Shown piece after piece: positions 7,629-16,900 of a DNA stretch of 34,116 nt (positions within the stretch are counted from its first letter, which is position 1; each line of letters begins with the position of its first letter). Location: positions 1 to 34,116 of IMG/VR virus record IMGVR_UViG_3300033489_000037; one strand, 5' to 3'. The position numbers were made by a program, and so were the translations under genes. The notes below the pieces were generated by a model, which did not search any database, was not told the origin of the DNA, and was given only the letters and a program-made list of their open reading frames with translations. The DNA is from a virus (Duplodnaviria; Caudoviricetes).

Positions 7629-10240
7629 TATAATCCTCCAGACATCATCAACCACCTAACCATACCAATTCTTTTCTGCCAAGCAACCAGTGACTCTCCT
7701 GGCTTTCTAAGAAAGCTATCTTTTGTGAGTAAGCCAAATTTAGGCATAGGTTCGGTAGGGGTATTCTGGATAGTAGTATGAACTCTAGCGGCACTCTCAG
7801 TGTTACCAGATATAACAAAAGGAGTTATATAAGGAGAAGGATTATACACAGGAGTTGGATACGGAGTACCCCCTACTCTCTCTATACCAGTCTCAATAGA
7901 GGCAGCTTTGACTGTCTCAAACATAGACCGAGTGCTAGATATCCCGTTGAGAGTTATCTCTAAGTCATACACACCTTTGTCTGCCTGGAATATATGTAAT
8001 AGGCTTCCTACTACACACATCTTATAGGTATAAGTTGAAATCCACTTAGCAGTAGGGTAGTCTACATAGTCTGCTACTCCACGTTTGTCTCTAATCTGGA
8101 TATAGTCGTAGAGTTCCAGTCCACAGTCATGTTGGACTAGTACTCTACCTAACGCAGCCTCCATCCACTGACGTATCTCAACAACCAGAGACCTCATGTC
8201 AGCTTCAACCTCAGTAGTCAAAGTCTCTGCTATATGGTACTGGATTATTTCAGGGTAGCCATTCTCAGGAGTGATACTCCAGCCACCAACTACCATTTGG
8301 TCCTCATCCCAGGTGCCGTCTTCTTTGTCTACTCTGTTAGCAACCACTATTACATTAGTAGGGATTAGCAAATGGTCTTGCCACTCAAACTCCTTGAACT
8401 GATGATAAGTGGCATCTGGGCGGTCTGATGTGAAGGTGCTGTGGTAGGAAGTCCAGGCAGTAGGGTAGATAATACGGAACAGTGCATCACTATTGAAGGT
8501 TATATTAGTGAACAGCTTTGAGACAGTATACACAAGTATTGAGGCACTAGGAACGGCACTTTCATATGGAGCCGAGACATGCAGATGTAGCGGAGGATAT
8601 TGTAGATCCGAACTTACTACCCAACTTATAGGTGTTTTCCACACTCCTGATTCTCTAGTAGTGTAGTTCAAGTAGCCACCATATATGCAGTAGCAAACAA
8701 TAAGGTCATCAGATAACTTAGTAACTGGAGTATCAGTGTATATGCCTGTAGTAGCTATCTCTACCTCAGACCACACACCTCCAGATGTTCTGTTGAGTCC
8801 ATAGAGCTTGTAGGCTGTCCCAGTATTCTTATTGTATGCACCTGCAATACTTCCATCAGAGAGAGACACTATGCTAGGGCACCTCACATCACACACAGTA
8901 GAGCTTATAGACTCTACATCGCCAAGATTAGTGCCGTCAAAAGTCCTGCCCTCTGCAATGGCAGCATCGTCATAGCGTAAGTAGACAATATAGATACTTC
9001 CAGAGCCAAGTGGAATCATATTGGCTCTATCTGCTCTAACAGCAGTAGTTATGGGGAATCCTATATCAGTCGCCCAAGTACCATCAGTGTTAGCATTCCT
9101 ATATAGATGATGCTCTGGCCATGAACTATTCTGCACATTACAGTATATCCTGCCAGCACTGTCAATAGTTATAGACAGAGGAATCCATATTACAGAAACA
9201 CTAGAAACAATAGTCTGGTCTGCTGCGAGGAATGTAATAGTTCCATCCCCATCATTAGGAGTAAATACTCTATACACTGTACTCCAGTCCTCCCCTGATG
9301 AGTCGACTCTGACATAATGCACATTAGTACCATCGTACCAAAGACAGTGAGGTTGGACTGTAGGGTTAAACAGAGTACCCAGGTCAACTACACTAGACCA
9401 TGCACCACCAGACTTCAACCTAGACTTGATATGCAGTGTACCATAGGCGGGATCAGTCCTTATCATGTAAGTTACCCAGTGACGAGTGGCAGTGTCAAAG
9501 GTACTCCTAGTATTGTATGAATCTGAACCTCCTACAACTACGCCAGACGCTACAGTATCCCAACTTCCAACCTCTGTAACCGCAGACTCTACTCTCATAA
9601 AGCACTTAGTCATACTGAGCAGCCTATATATGACTGACCTAGCATCCTCTATACTGCCTTGATAGTTCACCATGAACTTAGGTAAGAGAGTGTCTATGAT
9701 ACTGTCATCATGGATACCGAGTGCGGACAAGTCAAAGTTCATGCCTGCCAACACTGCCTCTATTATATCATATACAGTGTAAGCAGCACTAGAGTAGTCT
9801 ATGTCGTAGTAAGGAGCAGCAGCGGCGGCAAGAAGACTTGCTATGTACTCTGTCTCACCTAGTACAGACCAGCAACCCTCTAAGTAGAGTACTATGTCTG
9901 TATTGCCGCCCTTAGAGAGTTGATACTGAGACTTTACCCAAAGAGGAGCACAGAAGGCAGGAGTGGTTAGGTATGTGACTCCAGCAACTCTGTATCCATA
10001 GGATATGTCACACTTATACCCTATTAAACTAGCTGGCAGAGTCTTATCATTATTTCTAAGAATGATAGTAGCAAAGTCACTGTAGGGCTGTTCTGAGTGT
10101 CTAACAGACTTGACCCTACTAGGAGAGTCAGTAGTAGAGTAGGTATAAGTAGTAGTTCCATTAGATAAGACTACAGATATATAGGGAGTAGAAGTTACTG
10201 ACTTCTCAGCAGTAATAAGAGTAGCTGACTTTGTCCTCAT
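7628..10240 (-). CDS. Large tail/baseplate protein with a central beta-propeller-like region
   Basis: 870 aa in the tail region. Central repeats of beta-strands and S/GGxW motifs. Confidence 0.65.
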   Translation of the reverse strand: MRTKSATLITAEKSVTSTPYISVVLSNGTTTYTYSTTDSPSRVKSVRHSEQPYSDFATIILRNNDKTLPASLIGYKCDISYGYRVAGVTYLTTPAFCAPLWVKSQYQLSKGGNTDIVLYLEGCWSVLGETEYIASLLAAAAAPYYDIDYSSAAYTVYDIIEAVLAGMNFDLSALGIHDDSIIDTLLPKFMVNYQGSIEDARSVIYRLLSMTKCFMRVESAVTEVGSWDTVASGVVVGGSDSYNTRSTFDTATRHWVTYMIRTDPAYGTLHIKSRLKSGGAWSSVVDLGTLFNPTVQPHCLWYDGTNVHYVRVDSSGEDWSTVYRVFTPNDGDGTITFLAADQTIVSSVSVIWIPLSITIDSAGRIYCNVQNSSWPEHHLYRNANTDGTWATDIGFPITTAVRADRANMIPLGSGSIYIVYLRYDDAAIAEGRTFDGTNLGDVESISSTVCDVRCPSIVSLSDGSIAGAYNKNTGTAYKLYGLNRTSGGVWSEVEIATTGIYTDTPVTKLSDDLIVCYCIYGGYLNYTTRESGVWKTPISWVVSSDLQYPPLHLHVSAPYESAVPSASILVYTVSKLFTNITFNSDALFRIIYPTAWTSYHSTFTSDRPDATYHQFKEFEWQDHLLIPTNVIVVANRVDKEDGTWDEDQMVVGGWSITPENGYPEIIQYHIAETLTTEVEADMRSLVVEIRQWMEAALGRVLVQHDCGLELYDYIQIRDKRGVADYVDYPTAKWISTYTYKMCVVGSLLHIFQADKGVYDLEITLNGISSTRSMFETVKAASIETGIERVGGTPYPTPVYNPSPYITPFVISGNTESAARVHTTIQNTPTEPMPKFGLLTKDSFLRKPGESLVAWQKRIGMVRWLMMSGGL

Positions 10241-10249
10241 AACTACTCC

Positions 10250-10603
10250 TTATACTGCGTTCAGTCCTCTAACTCTAAACGTCCTGTCTGCTGCCTGACC
10301 AGAGCCACAAGTAATCTTGATAAACTGCACTCCGCCAATCCTAAACAAGAGTGCTTTAGTTGCAGTACCAGCAGTCGAGGCAGAGAGGAAGTCACCAGTT
10401 GCATCATCATCAAGAATGTAGAGAGGATAATAAGTTCCACTAGCAGCCTCTGAGACATTTACACCCACAGTGGAGCTAGTTATGGTTGGAACTAGTACCA
10501 GCAGTTCCTCAAACAGAGCGCCTAAGTCTACTTCCAGAGACAGATCGTCATCGGCAGAAATGTCAACTAATGCATCCTTCCAAGGTCCTACACTTACTCC
10601 CAT
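10250..10603 (-). CDS. Putative virion structural protein (beta-sandwich-like)
   Basis: 117 aa, RBS AGGAGGT, located in the structural operon. Confidence 0.65.
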   Translation of the reverse strand: MGVSVGPWKDALVDISADDDLSLEVDLGALFEELLVLVPTITSSTVGVNVSEAASGTYYPLYILDDDATGDFLSASTAGTATKALLFRIGGVQFIKITCGSGQAADRTFRVRGLNAV

Positions 10604-10613
10604 ATGATACCTC

Positions 10614-10829
10614 CTAATCTAAGTTACAGTCCACATGAGCAGCTTTGTGGTCACGTCCTGTTCTGTGGCGGACTCTGTCCCAAGCCTCCATAGGTTTAAC
10701 ACCTGACTCAACTGCCTGATTGACTGCTCCTATAATCTCAGCATGTTGAGCAGTTGGCTTGAGTTTGTCTGCTCTGAGTCCCTTTTTGATGATTATAGTC
10801 AACCCCATGTTAGTCTGCTCTGCCTTCAT
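10614..10829 (-). CDS. Hypothetical protein
   Basis: Fills the operon gap; start uncertain (10829 or 10808). Confidence 0.55.
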   Translation of the reverse strand: MKAEQTNMGLTIIIKKGLRADKLKPTAQHAEIIGAVNQAVESGVKPMEAWDRVRHRTGRDHKAAHVDCNLD

Positions 10830-10992
10830 TCAAAGGCTGGCCAGTCTTGTCTCTTGCAATCTGGTAGCTCATAGCAGCACACTGCTTCTGGTCTTTGCCT
10901 TCTCTAATACACTGCTGGATACTCTTACTAATCGCTTCCCTGACAGCTTGAGTAGGACTGTCAGGAGTTAGGCTATCTACAGGCATCGGCAT
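10810..10992 (-). CDS. Small helical phage protein (EGKDQKQCAAMSY motif)
   Basis: RBS AAGGAGGT. The motif resembles the EG..xQAvAIa motif common in phage head-region proteins. Confidence 0.7.
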   Translation of the reverse strand: MPMPVDSLTPDSPTQAVREAISKSIQQCIREGKDQKQCAAMSYQIARDKTGQPLNEGRAD

Positions 10993-11001
10993 AGTACCTC
11001 C

Positions 11002-11217
11002 TTATGGCTTCTTCATCTCGTTACCAATTTCGTTAAGTTTCTTGGAGAAGAATGCCTGACAGGCTGATTGGATAGGCCCCCAGATTTCATTGATACAAGC
11101 ATTCTCTTCGACTTTAATTATCTGGACGTCTATAGGACTACTATTGGCCTTTTCAGTCATCTTAAACATGACTTGATTTTCCCACTCGAGTTTAATAGTT
11201 AATACCTTTGCTGTCAT
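11002..11217 (-). CDS. Hypothetical protein
   Basis: 71-aa ORF with RBS AAGGAG. Confidence 0.7.
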   Translation of the reverse strand: MTAKVLTIKLEWENQVMFKMTEKANSSPIDVQIIKVEENACINEIWGPIQSACQAFFSKKLNEIGNEMKKP

Positions 11218-11228
11218 ATTGTACTCCT

Positions 11229-11256
11229 TGAGGGGGAGCAGTTACACTCCCCCTCA
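11229..11256 (-). terminator. 10-bp perfect hairpin downstream of the capsid genes (pause, processing or weak terminator)
   Basis: TGAGGGGGAG-8nt-CTCCCCCTCA, with no U-tract on the minus strand. Confidence 0.45.
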
Positions 11257-11276
11257 GTTCCCCAGCCATCTCCTGC

Positions 11277-12164
11277 TCAGGGTGCAATCTGTAGGAACAC
11301 GAATGGTGCGTTACTAGCTCCACTCCCACTCATGTCGAGAGCAAAGCCTGCCTTCTGGTATCCACTCTCTAGAGTAACATCATTACCGGAAACCACACTT
11401 CCGTTGCCTACAAACACTATGGTCCTGTCCATAGCACTGTCACAGGTGTTACCATCACTGGTAATCCAGACAGGTCCCCAGGTTTGCAGCCAGAAGTACT
11501 GTCCACTAGCTGCTACACATGCAGGTACGCCAATGTAGGACACGTATTCACCACCTGCATTGTCTGCTTTCAGACAGTAATACGGGCACTCCATCAACTC
11601 GATGTTAGTAGTAGCTGCTGTGACTGCTACACCCAGTGCCCTATCCAGACACAGTGTCAGTGACCCGCCAGCAGTTGCTAGAGCAGGGTGACTGACAATC
11701 TGTCGTGTCTGAGGATGCTGTGCAGAGCCATTACCAACGACTACATAGCCACCAGCTAGTTCGTTCTCAGACAGCACACCAGTGGTCAGGACGCCAATCT
11801 CAGTGTCGATAGTCACTGTGACGTATCTACTGCCAACAACACCAGCGGCTAGAGTCTCACCTGGGTATGCAGCGGCCTGTGCAGCGGCAGTGGCCTGAGT
11901 AGGAGCTACTGCATTAGTGTTAGTCTTCTTAGCCTTATACGCTCCAACTTCAGGATTGCAGGTCCCACTCGCATAGGCATATCTGTATGCCCTGTCGCCA
12001 TCCCTGAATATAGTTCCCAGAGGATACTGTTGAATAGTATCTACAGTCTCTATATTGGGCATACGCAGGTTTATTAGACTAGCAGATGGATTAGATGGAA
12101 GGCGAATCTCACGCCCATTGCTAGCTACTATGCTATGTCCCGCCTTAGTTAATGCTATAGTCAA
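11277..12164 (-). CDS. Putative capsid decoration/cement protein
   Basis: Directly after the MCP, with a TTG start and strong RBS. Motifs YPLGTIFRDGDRAYRYAY and YFWLQTWGP. Confidence 0.65.
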   Translation of the reverse strand: MTIALTKAGHSIVASNGREIRLPSNPSASLINLRMPNIETVDTIQQYPLGTIFRDGDRAYRYAYASGTCNPEVGAYKAKKTNTNAVAPTQATAAAQAAAYPGETLAAGVVGSRYVTVTIDTEIGVLTTGVLSENELAGGYVVVGNGSAQHPQTRQIVSHPALATAGGSLTLCLDRALGVAVTAATTNIELMECPYYCLKADNAGGEYVSYIGVPACVAASGQYFWLQTWGPVWITSDGNTCDSAMDRTIVFVGNGSVVSGNDVTLESGYQKAGFALDMSGSGASNAPFVFLQIAP

Positions 12165-12188
12165 TTTCTTGTCCTCCTTTCTTTCCGT

Positions 12189-13262
12189 TTAGACAGTTAT
12201 CGCTGCATCGTAGATGTCCCAGATTCGGCCTACTGAGAAAGTGCTACCTGCTAGCATTGCGCCGTAGGTAACCATCCTCATGCCCTCAGCATCGTAGTCT
12301 TCTAGATTGGGGAACAGGACTAGTTTGTACAAGTCTCCAGCACCTTCAGTTCCACCATAGGCAAAGGTCACTCCAGGCTGCCTCTCCAAGACGTTTCCGA
12401 ACTTAAGGAAGAAGATGCTGTAGTTCTTTGTCCCGCTGGCGTATTTTGTTCTTGCATCAGAGCTTGCACCGGTGCCAGTGTCTGCCTGTTCGGCTACCAG
12501 ATAGTCTGTTCTGACTATAGGTATACCATTCCAGAAGGCTATTCGCTTGCCGAGTTCATTGTAGCCAAAGGAAATCATGCCCATAGAACCAGCAGCATTA
12601 TAGGCCAGGCCTGCAAAGCCTTTCTCCTGATACGCTGCATCTACCCAACGCATGATTTCAAAGGGCATCCAGATTTCATCCCAACCAGCCTTACCTGCAT
12701 CCTCTATCTTGCGCAGGTTAGCAAGACTAAGGCCTGCATTGGCTTGGTCTATGTTGAGATTTTCATGCCCAGTTCCAGTCCCGGGAGTTGCCCCGTGTTC
12801 AGCAGCAAGAGCATGGAGTCCATCCCACTCTTTGTTTCCACTAGAGTAGGTATAGTCTCCATAGAGTATCCTATCGCCAATTTTGCGCTTGAGGCCCTTC
12901 TCCATTTCGAGCATAACCTGTGCTCGGTAGTTGTTAATTGTACCATAGATGTCTCTTACAAACTGGTCGAGTTTCCTCTGGATGTATAGGCGCTGGAGGA
13001 TTACTTCAACCTCTGAGTAAGTTACATCTTCAGACCAGCTCAGTTCCTCACCGATGTCTACATGAGCTACAGAGCCTTCAGTACCAGTCAGCTCCCTGAC
13101 AAACTTGATACTTTTCCCTGAGTTTGCTGCCTGGGCTACTGGGAGTCTATCAGTAGGGTTGCCCCGCTTGATATCTACCTCAATAACACCAGGGATAAGA
13201 GTAGACTGAGTAAGTTTCTGAGCTTCTGCCAAAGTTGACCAATGTCCACCTGACTCAGCCAT
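12189..13262 (-). CDS. Major capsid protein (HK97 fold predicted)
   Basis: 357 aa, after the scaffold gene. Motifs TLAEAQKL, KEWDGL, WNGIPIVRTDY. Confidence 0.88.
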   Translation of the reverse strand: MAESGGHWSTLAEAQKLTQSTLIPGVIEVDIKRGNPTDRLPVAQAANSGKSIKFVRELTGTEGSVAHVDIGEELSWSEDVTYSEVEVILQRLYIQRKLDQFVRDIYGTINNYRAQVMLEMEKGLKRKIGDRILYGDYTYSSGNKEWDGLHALAAEHGATPGTGTGHENLNIDQANAGLSLANLRKIEDAGKAGWDEIWMPFEIMRWVDAAYQEKGFAGLAYNAAGSMGMISFGYNELGKRIAFWNGIPIVRTDYLVAEQADTGTGASSDARTKYASGTKNYSIFFLKFGNVLERQPGVTFAYGGTEGAGDLYKLVLFPNLEDYDAEGMRMVTYGAMLAGSTFSVGRIWDIYDAAITV

Positions 13263-13280
13263 GTTGTTTACTCCTTTCCT

Positions 13281-13832
13281 TTATTGCTGTTTTTGGTTAG
13301 GGGTTCCTCGTTCAGCCCGCTCCAGGTTCTTGAGTGCCCGCTCCATAGAAGTAGAAGGAGTACTAATTCCGCCTCCACCTCCAGCGGCATAGCTACCAGA
13401 GGCAGATTTTACTACCCTGAGTGCTCTCTCAAACATGTCAAGTTCAGGCATTCCTAAGTCCTTGACAGCCTCATCAGTTGTGTTGTACTCCTTGACTATG
13501 AGTTTCTTCCTGTACTCTAGTGCCTTAGCCTCAGCTGCTGTAGTTGCTTTGGTTACTTTGTCCAGGGATTCCTTGAGAGAGTCTAGTTCCTTCTGTTGTA
13601 CAGCACTCTTGACCTGGTTCTCCTCTAAGGTTTTAACCTTAGCCTCTGCTTGCAGTCTAAGGTTGTAGGCCTCGTTGAGCTGAGCCTTACTCTCCTCCAA
13701 CTGCTTTTGCAGCCCTCCCTTAGCCTTTACCACATCCGACTCAGGCACCATCTTCTCGGTTGGAGTAGTTGGTGTAGGTTGAGTCGGTTCACTGGTAGTG
13801 GCTCCAGGAGTCTGAGATGGATTGTCTGCCAT
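13281..13832 (-). CDS. Capsid scaffolding protein
   Basis: Low-complexity N-terminus, coiled coil and Gly-rich linker near the C-terminus, immediately upstream of the MCP. Confidence 0.8.
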   Translation of the reverse strand: MADNPSQTPGATTSEPTQPTPTTPTEKMVPESDVVKAKGGLQKQLEESKAQLNEAYNLRLQAEAKVKTLEENQVKSAVQQKELDSLKESLDKVTKATTAAEAKALEYRKKLIVKEYNTTDEAVKDLGMPELDMFERALRVVKSASGSYAAGGGGGISTPSTSMERALKNLERAERGTPNQKQQ

Positions 13833-13856
13833 TGTCCCCCTCCTTATTACAATACT

Positions 13857-13885
13857 AGTATACCATAACTGGGTAAGCTTGTCAA
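13857..13885 (-). promoter_or_regulatory. sigma70-type promoter for the scaffold/capsid genes
   Basis: TTGACA-17-TATACT with an extended -10 TG. Confidence 0.85.
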
Positions 13886-13933
13886 TAGATATAATTTATT
13901 GGAAGGTACGATTTATTATATTTATCCTCCAGT

Positions 13934-16900
13934 CTAGAGCCTGAATATGATAGTCCGGTCAGCATCAAACTTGCCTATTAGAGATTTAGCAGAGTCTGAC
14001 TGGGGTGCAGTAGTTATACCAAATACATAGAGCCAGAAGTCTAACACTGGACTATCCTTCCTTGCTCTAACCCTTACATTAGTTACTTTGCTCTCATAGG
14101 AGCTGATTAACTTGTTGCCGGTGGTAGGGTCAATCTCATCACGAATCTCATCTTTGCGCTCTAGAGTTACTCGGCTGGAGTAGAACTCATCGATGAGGAG
14201 TTGAGTGTCCTCATCGTAAGTAGCTTTGACTATCCTTGATATAGCATAGTAGCCATCAAAGTAGGTATCAGATATCTTGTCCCTGAGTAGTTCGAGTGGA
14301 GTGCTGTTCTTATGCACCCAGGAGACAAAGTCGTCTCGGAGTTCAGGAGGACAGGCATCTACTATGGCTTGACGCTTCTTGGCGAATCCTACATAGTCAG
14401 GCTCCAACTCACCCATGTCATTGGGCTTCTCTTCTAGTTCAATAGAGAAGTATAAGTTTCTAAGCTGTTCCATAGGGCCGACTTGAGGGGCTGCATAGCC
14501 AGTTTTTTGGTAGTAGAGTTCTGGCCCTTTGATTGGGTCGAGTAGGGCTTGGAAGTCTACTCCACTATACCGTTCGTCTTGGGTATTGAGGAAGTCGATA
14601 GATGAGTTGTATGTGTCCCAGTTAGAGGAGTACTCACCCTTGAATCCCTTGGTGTCAAGAGGTTTGTTAGTCTTGGTTGGGTATAGGAATCTGCTCTCTA
14701 TGTCTAACTCATTGGCTAGTCTCTGCTGGACTGCTGCATCTACATCATCCCAGTATTGCTGGTAGTTGAGGACAAAGTCTTGCACCTCAGGCGGGAGTAG
14801 CATTGTGCTGCCGCCTCTGACTACTCGCTTCTTCCATTCCTCCAGTTGGTCAAAGGCTTGTCTGACTGCCATAGATTCACCACCCATTAAGTCAGAAAGC
14901 CTGACTCCTTTATCCTCACATTCCTGGATGAGTTCAGGAGTGAACCCATACTTGATGTATATCTGGTTGATAGTGTCAATGAGTTCGTCTCTGTCTCCAG
15001 AACGGTAGGTAACGAAGGAGAACATGCTACGGAGGGTAGTGTAGAGTGCCACCTTCTCCTCGGCCATATCCCACAAGGACTTATCCTCATCACTGAGTGC
15101 AATACCCTGTGCTATCTTCTCCCAAATCTCGCCACCAGTTGCACCCGCAGCTCCCTCAGTCTCGATGAAGTAGTCATCTATTATTCTAGCCTTGTAGTAG
15201 TCACGGAAGTTCTCATGGAACACTGTATCACGGAGTTTCTTGGCTAGGTCACTTACACCAGGAACTCTACTAGCTACTAATAGTTCTAGTCCTACCTCAT
15301 GGAAAGAGGGTAGTATTGACCCCAGTTCCATCTTGTGGCCAGTAAAGGCTGGAGACATATAGGCAATGGTCATAATGGCAGGGTTGGGAAAGAAGGATAA
15401 CCTTGCTGCACTGTCTATTGCATTTCCTACCCAACCTAAGCTATCGTAGTAGTTTGGGTAGTCTCTTCTAGAGAGGGTGACTAGTGGGCCTACTACAGTT
15501 CCAGCTACTAAGTTGAGAGCTAAGTCTACTGAGGGTATGTTGAACCTGCCCTGGTCAGTGGACTCATAGTACCTATCCCAGGCAGTTACAGTAGCAGGGT
15601 GGCGCACAGCAGTTCGGGATAGCCAGAACAGTCGAAAGGCTTCGTACTGCCAGAAGGGGAATATCATACGGCCTACTTGAGAGAATATAGAGCGGTTGGT
15701 GTAGTCGGCAAACATTTGGTAGTAGGTTCGCATGGTTTGGTCGAAGGCTTCTTGACGAATAGACTGGTAAGTAGTAATTTTTGGAGCAACTGCCTCTAGT
15801 ATGCTTATATCTGTAATCAGTACATCCTCTGCCATCTTCACTGGCTCTTTGCTTGTTTTAATTATCCCTCTGTCTCTGAGGCTTCTTACTAGTGCAGCAC
15901 CCTCATCTGTTGCTAAATCAACAGAGACAGTCCAACCATTAGCCTTAGCCCTTGACAGAGCCTCTAAGTATAACTCAGTCCCTAAACCCTTTCGAGTTTG
16001 GTCTTCCCAAACACTCACACCTGTAATCTTCATATTGTTGCCAGTTAGTTTATACTGTATGAAGTTCCCAGTAGCTTTGCCAGAGGCATCATAGTCTCTA
16101 AGTACAATATCTCCTGATGGAAGAACCTCCTCCTTGAGATTTAAGACCTGTTTAGGCTTACCTGCTACCTTGCCAAAAGTTTTCTTTGCTGACTCCGCCA
16201 CTCTATCTATATACTCATGGAGTTTCTGCTCCTTTGCCTTAGTCATTGTCCTATTTATTCTGAGAGTAGTAAACCTCTGCTTGACTGCATTTATCTCTGC
16301 CAACCCTTTGCCCAACACTATATCTAGCTCAGGGTCTAGCCCCATGTTTTGGACTAAGAAGTCATAAGCACGCCTAACTTTGTCCTCAGTTATATCAGTG
16401 TAGAGGGTTGGTCTGGCATTGACTTGCTTCATAATCATCTGGGTAAAGTGAGGTTTGGACTGGAGAGCTGCTACGTTGGCTATAGAGTTGTAGAGAGATT
16501 GGATGTCACCGCCTAGAATCTGTGCTATATCCTGGGCGTTGAGTTCCCTACCTGTGGCCCTGACGTCAGACAGAGAGGGTTCAGGAAGTTTGGTTAGGGT
16601 CCTAGCTGTATCGACTTTTGTCAAGTAGCTCTCAGCTCCTAACACTGCATCTTGCTCTACATAGGCTATTCTTGATTCCAACTCCTCTGCTGCGTATCTC
16701 TGCCAGACTGCTCCCCGCTCGGTCTGGGGGAGTGCATTAGCCTCAGCCCAAGTCCTCTCCACTCTGCTCCAGTGGTCAACCCAGTAAGAGTCAGCAGCAG
16801 AGAGTCTGGTCTGGGTCCTAGAGAGAAGCAGTTCCACAGAATCCCTTTGGTCAGGTTTAAGGATGCCTTCTTTTGCTAGAGAATACTCCTTAGAGACATC

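Noticed and set aside
12164-12191. Read-through fusion of the MCP to the downstream 295-aa gene, which is in the same frame
   Set aside because: The stop is TAA, the downstream gene has its own strong RBS, and same-frame spacing occurs one time in three by chance.
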